DNA from: Rhynchobatus australiae | Taxonomy: Eukaryota | Reading direction: 5' to 3' | Assembly: GCA_034780895.1 (NCBI GenBank) | Contig: JAUZTB010000098.1 | Span: 22,928,107-22,992,106, forward strand | Length of the DNA stretch: 64,000 nt | Shown: piece after piece, positions 25,880 to 38,594 of the stretch | How positions within the stretch are numbered: position 1 is the stretch's first letter | How the letters are laid out: each line of letters begins with the position of its first letter | Translations under genes and position numbers: made by a program | The notes under the pieces: generated by a model | What the model saw: the letters and a program-made list of their open reading frames with translations, nothing else | Told to the model about the DNA's origin: nothing | The model's database searches: none

Positions 25880-27260
25880 TGAAAGGATGGACACGTAGGG
25901 TCAGGTTAATGAAAAGGGTGGCACAGATGGGCTGAAGTGCATTTATTTCATTGCAAGATATATTATGGGTAAGACAGTTGAACTAGGAGCCTGAATTGTA
26001 CATGGAACTATGATGCTGCAGCCTTCACAGAGATTTGATTGAAAGAAGGGCAGCACTGGCAGTTGAATTTGCCAGGGTTTAGTTGTTTTTGATGTGATAG
26101 GGATGTAAAAGAAGTGGGGGAGTTGCACGACTGATGGGGGAGAATGTCACTGTAGCATTTTGAAAAGACAGCTTGGAGGGCTCATCCAGTGAGGCAATGT
26201 GGATAGAGCTCAGGAATAAGGAAGGTGCAATCATTATGATGGGGGTTATTCTATAGACCTCCCAATAGCCCACGGGAGACAGAGGAACAGATATGTAAGG
26301 TAGAGTATGGAAAGATGTGAAAGCAACAGAATTGTCATAGTAGGTGATTTTAACTTGCGCAGTGTTAACTGAGACTGCTGTTGGACCAGAGGCTTAGATG
26401 GGGCAGAATTTGTCAGGTTCATCCAGGATGGTTGCAGTACGTCAATAGTCCAATCAGGTAAGGTACCATACTAGCCCTTCAATTGGGAAATGAGCCTGGC
26501 CAAGTAATTGAAGTTTCAGTGGGGAGTTGAACCAGGGAAGAACTTGCACAGTAAATGATAGAGCCTGGGGAGTGTTGTAGAACAGAAAGACCAAGGGGTA
26601 CAAGTACATAGTCCCTGAGAGTGGCAATACAAGTGGACAAAGTTGTGAAGAAGGCATATGACAAACTTGCCTTAATCAGATGGTGCATTGCGTACAAGAG
26701 TTGGGATGTAATGTTACTGCTGTATAAACCATTGCTGAGACTGCACCTGGATGAAAGGATGTGTACAGTAGGAAAATATTCCGATAAAAGTGCTGAAGGA
26801 AGGATGTCACTGAGCTAGAGAGGACTGGAAAAGATCGACAGGGATGTTCTACCACTGGAGGGTTTGAGTTGTGAGGAGAGAATGGATAGGCTGGGACTGT
26901 TGCCCCTGGAGTGCAAGATGCTGAGAAGTGACCTTCTGGAGTTTTGTTAAGGGGCAGAGATAAGGTGAATGGTAAAAGTATTTTTCTCAGGGTTGGGGAG
27001 TCAAAAATTAGAGGGCATGGGTTTAAGGTGAGAGCAGAAAGATTTAAAGGACACCTCAGAGGCAAGTTTTTCATACAGAGGCCGGTGGGTACATGGAATG
27101 AGTTGCCAGAGGAAGTGGTCGAGGCAGGTATATGGATAGCAAAGGTTTAAAGCGCTATGGGCAAGATGCAGGCAAATGGGTTTAGCTCAGGAAGATGCCT
27201 TTGTTGGCAGAGACGAGTTGGGCCAAAGGGCTTATTTCCGTGCTGTGTAATGCTATGACA
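25880..27260 (+). mobile_element. CR1 LINE with APE endonuclease start, internal deletions and 3' end
   Basis: LKCIYFIAR..GKTVELGA (APE N-terminus), IVIVGDFN; QVDKVVKKAY..YKSWDVMLLLYKPLLRLHL; RVGESKIRGHGFKVRAERFKGHLRGKFFIQR.VGTWNELPEEVVEAG. Confidence 0.9.
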
Positions 27261-27514
27261 GGTAGTCCTAAGTTTCAGGTTCACTCAACTCGCACTTAAT
27301 TGTTGTGAGGTCTGCCTGGTGCCACTCTCAGGATGTCTTCAGGCACTACTCTTTGAACCAGGGTGGATATCTTGGCTTGACAGTAATGGTAGAATAAGGA
27401 ATATGTCAGACAATGAGTTTACAGATTCCAGTGAAGTACATTCTGCTGCTTTTGATGGTCCATTCCATCTTGTCCATTCCCAATTTTGAGCTGCAAGACC
27501 TATTCTGAAGACAC

Positions 27515-27855
27515 GAGACAATAGATGCTGGTCTCTGTGATGGGCTGAGCTGTGTTCATGAATTTGTGAAGTTTCTTTCAGTCTTGGGCAGAGCGTTGCC
27601 AAACCAATCTGTGATGCATCTGGACAAGATACTTTCTATGGTGCACCTATGAAAATTGGTGGGAGTCATCAGGGGTATGCTAAATTTCCTTAGCTTTCTG
27701 AGGAAGTAGAGGTGCTGATGTCCTTTCTTCACCATAGAGTCGACATGGTTGGACCAGGACAAGCTGTTGGTGATATCTGCACCTTGGAATTTGACGTTCT
27801 CAACCATCTCCACGTTGGCTCCATTGATGCATACAGGGGGCATGTACTCTGCCCT
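27515..27855 (-). mobile_element. Rex1/Babar LINE RT C-terminal fragment
   Basis: ORF 27556-27882: INGANVEMVENVKFQGADITNSLSWSNHVDSMVKKGHQHLYFLRKLRKF..NFHRCTIESILSRCITDWFGN. Confidence 0.9.
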
Positions 27856-28669
27856 TATTGGAATTGTCGATTCATGGTTCAATTTGTAATCTTATTACTC
27901 CAGATGCTAGAATATGAGTGTTGTTAAATTATCTACATGCCCAAAAGTGCGTTAAAGGTTTACATTTGAAAGAGACATAATTTTTGAGATTGTGAAGGGG
28001 AAGCCCACCTCATTCACAGGAAGCTGAAATGAAGTAAAGTACTTGTGTTGTTCTGAGGCTATGATACAACAAATATTTGCTTTGCCCTTGAGTGCTTTTG
28101 AAATTGAACTAATCTTCCACAGCTTTACAGTGATTGCTGCAGTGGCAGTGTAGAAAAAATGATGTGTTGCACTGGAGTGTTGACTATCAGGTTACATTGC
28201 GAGTTAGGAGGTAACTTATTGCGAGCAAGTGTTGTTCCATTGCTGTGTGCAATAACTCAACTGTAGGATCACTCTGAATTCAACCACAAAGTGAGTATTC
28301 TGCATTCAATTAGCATTCAAATTCTTCTGTAAATGTTGATGGCTTCATAGGAGGCAATCATGACATTAGAGAAGTGAGTTTGTGAGGCACTGGGGTTAAT
28401 ATTTTTGATGAGAAATAGCTTTACTCTCATGTTTGCCCAAGAGGCCATGACTAAAAAATTTTTGCTAGTTCAGAGATGCTGATACTGCCAGGTTGGTTAT
28501 TCAACCATTCAAGTCAGGATGGTGCAGGGCACTGTTGGCTTTGTACTGTGGCTGGAAAGTTGTGATTTCAAAATGCATATGAGGTATAGGGAAAATATAT
28601 TGTCTCTCTACAGTGCAGCATGTGAATGGGTGCTTTGATGCTTGTAATGAAATGTTAAACAGGTAAAAG

Positions 28670-28790
28670 AATGAAAGGCTTACGAATGTGGCACTTTTGT
28701 GTCAATTTCAGAACATCTTAAAGTGCTCTTTTAAAATACCTTTTGAAGTGCATTTATTGTTGTAATGTAGGAAATGTACATGATATGTCG
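28670..28790 (-). mobile_element. Deu-SINE 3' tail fragment
   Basis: TTTTGAAGTGCATTTATTGTTGTAATGTAGGAAATG is the reverse of TTTCCTACATTACAACAGTGACTACACTTCAAAA. Confidence 0.6.
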
Positions 28791-29039
28791 GTGTTGTCTG
28801 GCTGTTGTGTCATGGAATAAAATTCATTTCAGAGAATGGAGTTTTATTGTGTTCTTGCCAACGTTCCTGCCTTAATCTGCAATAAGTTTATAAGAGGCAG
28901 GGGAGAAATTCTGAGAATTATATTCCATCATAATGCTTTGTGTGCATCATGCATGTAATGATAAAACAGTGTGGGAATACTTGTCAAATGTCACTATTAA
29001 TTTTGAAGTGCACAGTATGATTTATTTTTGTATATCATC

Positions 29040-29250
29040 TGTGGCTTGCTTTTGAGTCAGAAGGTTATGTGCTTAAGTCACAATCAATAAACTGTGGCTG
29101 TCACTTTCGTGTAGTTTGGGGAGGTGCTGCATTGTCAGAGATGTTGTCTTTCAGATGAGGAACAAATTGATGTTCCTCAGTTTGTTCCTCATCTGACCAC
29201 TCAATGGATTCCACACACAGATTTAAAGATAAGCAGGGGTTTTATCGTGA
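29040..29250 (+). mobile_element. Deu-SINE 5' half containing a strong hairpin
   Basis: TGAGTCAGAAGGTTATGTGCTTAAGTC..GGAGGTGCTGCATTGTCAGAGATGTTGTCTTTCAGATGAG..AGCAGGGGTT. Confidence 0.6.
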
Positions 29251-29385
29251 GCCTGTGGTTCTGTTACCGAAGAAGAGGTGGCTCAATGAAGATTTAAATG
29301 TTGCTGTCCTTGCACAACTTGCATGGTGGGCTCTCATTTATGTGATATATAATATCTAATAACTTATCCCACCATGTGTCAAACA

Positions 29386-30122
29386 ATTGGAATTGGTTTA
29401 TTATTGTTACTTGAACTGAGGTACAGTGGAAAAACTTGTCTCGTATACCGTTCACACAGATCAATTCATTGCATAGTGCACGGAGATAGTACAAGTTAAA
29501 ACAATAAGAGAATACAGAATGAAATGTCATAGCTACCAAGAAAGTGCAGTGCAGGAAGATAATAAGGTGCAAGTTCGTAATAAGGTAGATTGGGAAGTCA
29601 AGAGTCCATATTATCCTACTCAGGAACCGTTCAATAGTCTTATAACAGTGGGATAGAAGCTGTCCTTGATCCTGGTGGTATGTGCTTTCAGGCTTTTGTA
29701 TTTTCTGCCTGACAGATAGTGGGGGGGGGGGGTGTGGTGGAGAAAAGAGTGTGTCCAGGGTGCATGGTGTCTTTGATTATGCTGGCTTCTTTACTGAGGC
29801 AGTGAGCAGGTCCATAGAGGGGAGTCTGGTTTTCATGATATGCTGAGCTGTATCCACAACTCTGTATTTTCTTGCAGTCATGGGCAGAACAGTTGCCATA
29901 TCAAGACATGATGCATCCAGCTTGGATGCTTTTCATGGTGCATCGATTAAAAGTTGGTGAGTGTCAAAGGGGACATGCCAAATTTTTTCAGCCTCCTGAG
30001 GAAGTTGAGGTGCAGATGAGCTTTCTTAACCGTGGTTGGACCTGGACAGGCTATTGGTGATGTTCAATCCTGGGAACTTGAAGCTCTCAACCCTCTCGAC
30101 CTCAGCATGGTTGACATAGAAA
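29386..30122 (-). mobile_element. Rex1/Babar LINE 3' portion
   Basis: Terminus ATTGGAATTGGTTTATTATTGT; reverse strand encodes SLKAHTTRIKDSFYPTVIRLLNG and VERVESFKF. Confidence 0.9.
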
Positions 30123-30549
30123 AGTTTCTAGCAAGTAATACAGTAGATTTATAGCTTCTACAGATTGTTGTTTTGGTCCAATTGTATATAGTTTTGNNNN
30201 NNNNNNNNNNNNNNNNNNNNNNNNNNNNNNNNNNNNNNNNNNNNNNNNNNNNNNNNNNNNNNNNNNNNNNNNNNNNNNNNNNNNNNNNNNNNNNNNTTTT
30301 TTTTAGCAGACCTCATTTTTAGAAGTGAAGCCTGTTTTTTTCTGTCTCTTTAAATTCTCTGGACTTTGTAAATACAATATGTCACATGTGTTCATTTTAC
30401 ATGTTATTGGCCTACTTTAGAAGCTGAATGTAACAAAGTTTACTGCAGAGTATTTGTACTATTGCATGTGCTGCAGTTCTATAATTTGCTGATTGTGTTG
30501 TGAAAATGCTAATTTTACTGTAGCTATTATTATGTGGACAATAGAGATG

Positions 30550-30840
30550 TAATTCCAATTGGTTCTGGTTTGTGATCAATTTGACCAGTAGCCCAAATGA
30601 TTAGTATAATGGACTAATCATCACATCAGGTTCCCACTGTTGTTGTGGTTTAGCAGTTTAAAGTACTGATTAATACTGATTTGGCAATGCATTTAGCATG
30701 CCAGATTGGGATTGTCAATGCAATCAAAAACATTAGCCGATATTAACAGTTGAATTAGTATTTAAATCACTAATCTTAAAAAGAGTGAGTGAGCAGTTCG
30801 TTAATGAGCTGTTTCAAATGTCCATTAGAACTGAAGAGGT
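30550..30840. promoter_or_regulatory. candidate conserved non-coding element (homeodomain-site rich)
   Basis: Non-repeat segment dense in TAAT/ATTA cores, TGATTA/TAATCA/TGATTT and CCAATTGG palindrome. Confidence 0.35.
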
Positions 30841-33652
30841 CTACAAAAATTGCTGCTCCTTGGTGGTGTAACAGAGTGGGAAATGGCAGAGCCATTTATT
30901 TCCAGCATTTGTTTACCCATTCAGTGAAAGGAGTTCGATATAACCTGCACTGATCAGAGAAGGAGGAGGAAGTCTGAATGACCTTGTATGCCATTATTTT
31001 CAGCATTGATCAGTTGTTTACTGTTGAGAATTTGTTACAAACGCTAAAAAAAAACCTGCCTGTTGCTGGTGGTGCTTCTGTGGCATTTGATGTGTTTGGG
31101 TTGGACCAGGTCTTACTGACCCAGCCTCAACTGCAACCCTCTCTCCCCCACCCACCTCCTGAAAAGAATGTCATTCGAGGGATGGTTACAGATGGTTGGA
31201 TCTTTGGCAGCCTGAAGAAAAGACCTCATACAGAAACTGAGATGAAAGCTTTGACAGCCAGCAAAGCATTAAGCTCACCTTTGCTGGCAGTAAAACCAGC
31301 AAGTGAGTTTAAAAAAAATTATATATTTTTCAAGCGTCTCTGACGTTGTACAACTCTCCTTCCAGTCTTTGATGTGTGATTTCCCCAGCCATGAACTGAA
31401 TCTGGGCTTGTATAATATTTGGAATCTTTATCTTCAGTAGTGCGTTTGCACAAACATGTTGTATTGTATGCTTACTAGATTCATGAAAGAATACATATAT
31501 TTAATATATTTCCCTTCAGGGAATGTGTTCCTCCTCCAGCAGTGTGGGATGCATGCTAATGTTTAAAGAAGTTGTCAGCAATACAAAATACTATTGGTAT
31601 TTTCCCACTCTCTTTGCTTCACCATTTTTTGTAACCAGTCTGTTTCTCAATTGAATGAAAGACAAATGAAGCATGTAGACATGAGATTCTGGCAGTACAT
31701 ATTACCATTGACTGCACCTGATAGTAATAGTTGCCAAGGAAACAGGGGAGCGTTCACTTTCAATGCAGACACAATTATTTTTAAAAGCCACCATAAAGAA
31801 TGCTTAAGAAAAAACATCGTGCTTTATTGGGAATGATGAATCTAGTAGTTGTCAGACGAGATTAGGAAAATCTTGACTTGTTCTGAACATATCTGCATGT
31901 GTTTGGTCTAATGTAATCAAAATCAAGGGACGCTGATTTCAAGTTAATGTAACATCTTTGCATGCAGGTGATTCATGAAAATGTCAGAACATCGCACAAA
32001 ATATCTCAAGTTGATTTCATTCGGAAAACCCAGCATATCAAGTAATTAATTATCTGCAAATAGTGTTTTATATTGTATCAGTCTGCTTGCTTTTATTTTG
32101 ATGCTACTACTTCATTGATTCTTTTCCATAAATGAATGATCTTGTATCTATGTGGCCAAGAATTTTGTAGGTTCAGATTGCCAACTGTGATTGAATGTAT
32201 TCCTGAAGGTTTTATCATATGATCTGCTTACAACTGCTCCTCCTCCACATTGACCCATTGGTTGCCTGCACATCCATCCATATGTATTGACCCACTCCAA
32301 GTCGGTTGGATAGCTTAAAGTGTCTTCATTTTGAAATAGAATAATTCTTGTCTCTTCGTAAAATGAACAGAATTGTTCAAAGAAAATTTATTAGGTATGT
32401 GAGTGTTATAGCACCACAAAAATTTCTCTCCTTGACTGCTTATATCTTGGAAATTAATTTTCAGTTCGTGAAACTTTCATGTTTTTCCTGAGGTGTTAAT
32501 AATTTTATAAGCTGAGGAAAGGCAGCTATGAGCAGCTACAAAGCAGAAGTTGGATGTGAAATTTTAATGACATAGTAAAGCCAATTTTGGTTTGAAGAAC
32601 AAGATCACAATATTTATTTCCTAGTATGGTTGAAACTTGATACTGGCACGAACACAACTTGCTTTAAAACATCAGAGTGAGGCGAACACTTTTTTAGTCT
32701 ATCTTTGCCAAACGTATTTTTATGATATAGGCTAGGAAATGGGTGGGGTGTGGAGGTGAAGAAATATCTAGAGGGATGTTTCCACTGAAAAGAGGGTAAT
32801 TTTATGGAAACTGACCAACAGCTGAAAGTTCAAAAAGAAGGAATTGTTTTGCTTATCCATCCACTTAATATACATGGGGATGCATTAACCCTTATACACT
32901 CAGTACACTGCAATTAGGTTGGAATGGTCATTGACAATGTTGGCTGTGAGAAGAAAATTTGTTTCCATTCTTGATGCGGTACCAGTGAGATTTGCTTGCA
33001 AGTATGTTTTTCTGGATGAACTGACGGAGAAATTTGCAGTTATAACTCCCTTGTTAGATTGACAACCTTGACGAAGGTTTGGCTTGAAGATCTTAGTGTC
33101 ATAGCACAGGTGAAACAGGGCTTATGAAATGTGGCGGGTATTAGTATTCCAGGGGGAGGAAGAGAGGAAAATATGAGAGATATTATGTTTCCAAGTAATT
33201 TGGAGCATGACTTCTCTACTTGAAACCAATAGAATTTGAGCAGAAAAGGATAATCACTAACTTTCACTTGGTACTGGGCAGACAAGATCTCATCTTTTTT
33301 GGTTTTGGTGCTGAATAAACAGCTCTGATTTTATTCCGTGCTCTGTAGCCATTCTTATTGTGGTTTCTTGATAAACATGACATAAAGTTGCATAATATAC
33401 AAGTTGTGTAATGTTAGCAGAGGGCTTTGATTATTTTATGCCTCCAGACTGAATTATTTGTTATTCTTTTGAAATGGCATCATACTGAAAATGGGATCTC
33501 AGTGCAAATCAGATCGGTTTTCTGAAGGTTTGAGTGATTTCAGAATAAATGCAGCCAAAAATGTGTATCAGACATTTCTCGATGACAGAGAGTGAAGTAA
33601 GTACTTTGAAAAGAAACAAGACGTTTCATCACAGCTACCTTGTTTAGATGGT

Positions 33653-33780
33653 AGACACAAGACTGCAGCTGCTGGAATCTGGAGCAAAAAGCAAACTCCT
33701 GGAGGAAGTCAGCAGGTCAGGCAGCATCTGTGGAGACAAAGGAATGGTTAAAGTTTCGGGTCAGCTCCCTGCATCAGGTC
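33653..33780 (-). mobile_element. solo Penelope terminal repeat (younger subfamily)
   Basis: AGACACAAGACTGCAGCTGCTGGAATCTGGAGCAA..GGAGGAAGTCAGCAGGTCAGGCAGCATCTGTGG; minus strand core CTGATGCA-GGG..CCC-GAAAC. Confidence 0.8.
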
Positions 33781-34487
33781 CGTCAACTGCAGTTGATTGT
33801 TGGCAAAATGGGCCCAGGTGATATGATCATTGGCTCTATATTAGCTTTGCTTGGAGAAAACTGATTTCAGATTGTCATGAAAAGCTTTTGAGAGCAAATG
33901 GGTCAGGATGGTGGGAAACAAGTTGCTGCATGGCTCTGCTAAAGCAGCAGAAGTTCACATAACTTCACTCTGGACATCAAACTATTTTAATTGGTGAAGT
34001 TTTATTGTTAGTAATCATTGGCATAATTTTACTGCCCTTTGATAGGGAAATCTCCATGGAACACATTACAGTAGCCTAGCCTGATTGGTATGTAACTGCT
34101 TGTCCCTTTTATGGAGACTGGTTCTTATTTATGTTTCTGTGGAGATCTATTGTGTCAGTGTGCATCTCATCAGGAAAAGCATGTTTCCATAGTCTGCTGA
34201 AGTCTTTAAAATCACTCAGCAGTTTTCATTAAGATGATGCCACTGCAATATTAGTTTTCATCAGTTATGCTTTCAAAGTTTGGAGAAAATCATTCCAGTC
34301 ACAGTGTGAATAGTGCAGGGCAGCCTGGCATGAAAAGTCATGCTCAGGGGAACTGTGCAGATTTATCCCATTTTCGAGAGCTGAAAATTTCTGTCAGCTT
34401 ATGCATGGTCCTTGAGAACAGATGGACAAACACAAGCACACCCTCAACTTTCTTTGAGAAAACTGATCACTTCTGCCTGTTAACCGA

Positions 34488-34981
34488 GTCGTAGAGAAAG
34501 GAATAGGCCCTTTGGCTCACTGAGTCCATGGTCACCATCAATCACCCATTAACACTACAATGCAGGGTTTTCACCCAAAGTCCCCATCCTCCAACAGATG
34601 CTGCTCGATCTACTGAGTTCCTCCAGCAGATTGTTGCTCCAGATTCCAGCATCTGTTGTCTCTTGTGTCTCCTGAGACTCATTAACACCAATTTAACATG
34701 CATTCCATTTTTTACTCTCGTTTTCTTATCATTGACTCACCTAGATTCTACCACACAAAAGGGGTATCTTCTAGAATCTTCTGATAGTATTATACTATAA
34801 TCTTACATTATGTTACAATATATTCTTGTATTCTCCACACTTGAGGCAACTTACAATGGACCATTAGCCTATGTTTGGGATGTGGGAGGAAACTGGAGCA
34901 CCTGGAGGAAACCCACAGAGTCACAGGGTGAACATGCACACTCTACACAGCACCTGAGGTCAGGATTGAACCTAGATCACC
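34488..34981 (-). mobile_element. HE1-type V-SINE, interrupted
   Basis: TTTGGGATGTGGGAGGAAACTGGAGCACCTGGAGGAAACCCACAGAGTCACAGGG (reversed V-domain), GGATTGAACC (reversed B-box), CR1-type tail at 34490-34530. Confidence 0.85.
34556..34679 (+). mobile_element. solo Penelope terminal repeat inserted in the V-SINE, 9-bp TSD
   Basis: ATGCAGGGTTTTCACCC..CAGATGCTGCTCGATCTACTGAGTTCCTCCAGCA..CCAGATTCCAGCATCTG; CATTAACAC at 34547-34555 and 34680-34688. Confidence 0.8.
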
Positions 34982-36809
34982 GTTTATTTATCAGAATGTA
35001 TTTTATAAAAATTTATCAAAATGTTTCTTTATACTGGTACAGAAGGGAAAAAGAATTAGGGTCAGCTCAAGGGAAGGAATGCATCAGAAGCCTTTCCATG
35101 ATTCCGGGAAACTGCAAAGAACGATATTTCATAAAGCCAGCTGCTCTGGTCTAACAGAGCATTCAAAGACAACACAAAAAAGAATACCTTTTCTGAAGAA
35201 CAGGTTTTAGTATAGGCACTAATTCATTTTCAGTTTTAACTTTTTTCATTGAATTTGGATGACTGCTCAAAATAAAATGACTCTGATGGTAACAGATGTT
35301 GGCAGTGCTCATTTCTTGCCTTGACTATAGACATTATATTTGATNNNNNNNNNNNNNNNNNNNNNNNNNNNNNNNNNNNNNNNNNNNNNNNNNNNNNNNN
35401 NNNNNNNNNNNNNNNNNNNNNNNNNNNNNNNNNNNNNNNNNNNNNNNNNNNNNNNNNNNNNNNNNNNNNNNNNNNNNNNNNNNNNNNNNNNNNNNNNNNN
35501 NNNNNNNNNNNNNNNNNNNNNNNNNNNNNNNNNNNNNNNNNNNNNNNNNNNNNNNNNNNNNNNNNNNNNNNNNNNNNNNNNNNNNNNNNNNNNNNNNNNN
35601 NNNNNNNNNNNNNNNNNNNNNNNNNNNNNNNNNNNNNNNNNNNNNNNNNNNNNNNNNNNNNNNNNNNNNNNNNNNNNNNNNNNNNNNNNNNNNNNNNNNN
35701 NNNNNNNNNNNNNNNNNNNNNNNNNNNNNNNNNNNNNNNNNNNNNNNNNNNNNNNNNNNNNNNNNNNNNNNNNNNNNNNNNNNNNNNCTGTCTGTGGTCC
35801 TTTCATAATCTGCACTCTTTAAAGTGAGCAAGTTCCTTTTAAACATTGTTAGAGCCAACAGATTTTAAGGATTCAACCAAAATGAAACACTGGTAGCATT
35901 GATCTCAGACCTGAATCATGAATGCCACCACAAATTTCACATGCCTTAGCTCAGTAGAAACCTGCTTCCAGGTAAGACCAATTTTCCAGGCATAGATTTT
36001 ACAATGAATTAAACATCTGTGTTTGATGGGTTTGGATCTATATATTGCAATCAATGAATGCCTTAGTTTTGGAGTTAAATCTTTGAAGGTTTGTCAAGCA
36101 TGATTTTGAAGCATGAACTGAAACCAACATGTCTTAGGTCAAATAAGAAGTTATGTTCCAATGGGCTTAGTCTTAAAATCAATAATATTTGATTCATTTC
36201 CTTCTTTGAGCAAATTCCCTCCTAAGAATCAATCACCATGTGCAGATTGATCATCAAATCATTGCACGGTTTGAACAAAATATGATGGTTAATCAATAGC
36301 CATTCAGGGGTGTAATNNNNNNNNNNNNNNNNNNNNNNNNNNNNNNNNNNNNNNNNNNNNNNNNNNNNNNNNNNNNNNNNNNNNNNNNNNNNNNNNNNNN
36401 NNNNNNNNNNNNNNNNAGATCTTGCATTTCACCTTGGCTGGGTCTGAATAAATTCTCTTGCAGGTGTTTGTATTCTATTGGATCTGTGGTTAGTGATGAT
36501 AACAAATAGTTGGAAATGCAGCGCAATCCACAAAAGCTAAAGCTATAATTTGTGAATCTAACGCAAGAGTAGTGGCAGGAATCACCAGTCTCATCCTCCA
36601 AACAGTACAACTTCCAGTCAATTCCTGAACTCTCTTTTTGGTTTGCTTTGAAAATCAAAAAGAAAATGTTTGTTTTATCAGTCTCCAGTGTTAATGTGGT
36701 CTACAAATTTGTTGCCTTTTCAGCTAAACTCTTTTGGCTGATGAGTTTTTATTCCAACTTTTATCCTTTGAGAACTTAATACTTCCCTTGTGATTTTGTT
36801 TTTCCTCAC

Positions 36810-36965
36810 AAAGCCTCCTCCCAAACTCTGCTTTGTACTTCCAGCCCACCCGCCAATTCTTTCTCATCCTTGCTGAACTGCATTGATTCCCTGTGCCTCT
36901 GTGCACAACTTTTATGTTCTTCCTTTTTGTTTGTAAATCTCTATTGCTTCTATACTCTTCATCCT
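36810..36965 (+). mobile_element. L2 LINE ORF2 C-terminal fragment
   Basis: CCAAACTCTGCT (QNSA), ATCCTTGCTGAACTGCATTGATTCCCTGTG (ILAELH*FPV, cf. VLADLHWLPV), F..FLFVCKSL. Confidence 0.55.
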
Positions 36966-38154
36966 ACTAGTTTTATAATTTTGAAAATCTCCAGCAAATC
37001 CTGCCTTTGGTAGAATATATTTTTCCTAAATCTGTTTGGTTGCTATGTTTCACTCAAGATTTACAAAAAATTTCTTTTCAACTTTGCTTTAAGTGACTTC
37101 TGATCACATTCCTCTTTGTTTATGAAGCTTTGAGAGAATATTTTGTGATAACTGAAAAATAAAAATGTAAGCTACATAACTTAGATTCAACTGTACAACT
37201 CTGGTATGTTTAAGAAAAAGCTTCAGGCAGGAGGTGAAATGCTCAAAAGCTATCTGCATGTGGAAACTGCTCACAAATTGTTGCACTAAGCATAGTCTTT
37301 TGAAGAAACACAAATGAAGTTGTGATTTTGGAATACTGCACTGGTCTTGACCATGCACATCAAAGGCACATTCTATAGAGTTCAGTAACTGTAACCAGGC
37401 GCAACACAGAAATGCACTGCATGGTCAGCCAGTTTTTATTTAACCTGGAATTTGGAAACAATTGCAAGGCTACCCAAAAAAAGTGCATGGGAGTGGGAAT
37501 AATTNNNNNNNNNNNNNNNNNNNNNNNNNNNNNNNNNNNNNNNNNNNNNNNNNNNNNNNNNNNNNNNNNNNNNNNNNNNNNNNNNNNNNNNNNNNNNNNN
37601 NNNNNNNNNNNNNNNNNNNNNNNNNNNNNNNNNNNNNNNNNNNNNNNNNNNNNNNNNNNNNNNNNNNNNNNNNNNNNNNNNNNNNNNNNNNNNNNNNNNN
37701 NNNNNNNNNNNNNNNNNNNNNNNNNNNNNNNNNNNNNNNNNNNNNNNNNNNNNNNNNNNNNNNNNNNNNNNNNNNNNNNNNNNNNNNNNNNNNNNNNNNN
37801 NNNNNNNNNNNNNNNNNNNNNNNNNNNNNNNNNNNNNNNNNNNNNNNNNNNNNNNNNNNNNNNNNNNNNNNNNNNNNNNNNNNNNNNNNNNNNNNNNNNN
37901 NNNNNNNNNNNNNNNNNNNNNNNNNNNNNNNNNNNNNNNNNNNNNNNNNNNNNNNNNNNNNNNNNNNNNNNNNNNNNNNNNNNNNNNNNNNNNNNNNNNN
38001 NNNNNNNNNNNNNNNNNNNNNNNNNNNNNNNNNNNNNNNNNNNNNNNNNNNNNNNNNNNNNNNNNNNNNNNNNNNNNNNNNNNNNNNNNNNNNNNNNNNN
38101 NNNNNNNNNNNNNNNNNNNNNNNNNNNNNNNNNNNNNNNNNNNNNNNNNTGATT

Positions 38155-38530
38155 ATGCTTAAACATCTCTTATGGACAAGCCACTTTAGTTGCATGCCTG
38201 ACACGAGATTTCCAAATCAGGCACTCAACCTCAAGGTCCATCGTGGCAAGAGATGGCTGCATGAGAGGAAACTATTTGGAAGATTGCAACATCCCCATGA
38301 ATCCATGGGAATCCTTGACCCATGATGGTACTGATCTCCTTCGGTCACTGTATTCGGCAAAAATGACAGACTGAGTCTACTGCTTCCTGTCCACAGAGCA
38401 CCTCCTACTTCAGCTGTGGCAGGCAGTTGATCCAACATTGGCCTCATTCAGGCACTTAGTACCCACACAAATGGAGTGGAAGCAAGTTTTCTTTGACTCC
38501 GAAGGATTACCTTTGAAGATGATGATGAAA
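38155..38530 (+). mobile_element. RTE-clade LINE 3' fragment
   Basis: LLWTSHFSCMPDTRFPNQAL..HRGKR (cf. LRWAGH..RMPDTRLPKQAL..HGKR); 3' GGAGTGGAAGCAAGT. Confidence 0.75.
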
Positions 38531-38594
38531 TGTTGTGGTGAATGTTGTAGTGAAGTTTGAAGACTGCAGATATTGCACAATGTGTAAAGCAGCA

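Noticed and set aside
32175-32500. Possible ancient hAT-like MITE starting AGATTGCCAACT
   Set aside because: Matching right terminal inverted repeat too decayed to verify by eye
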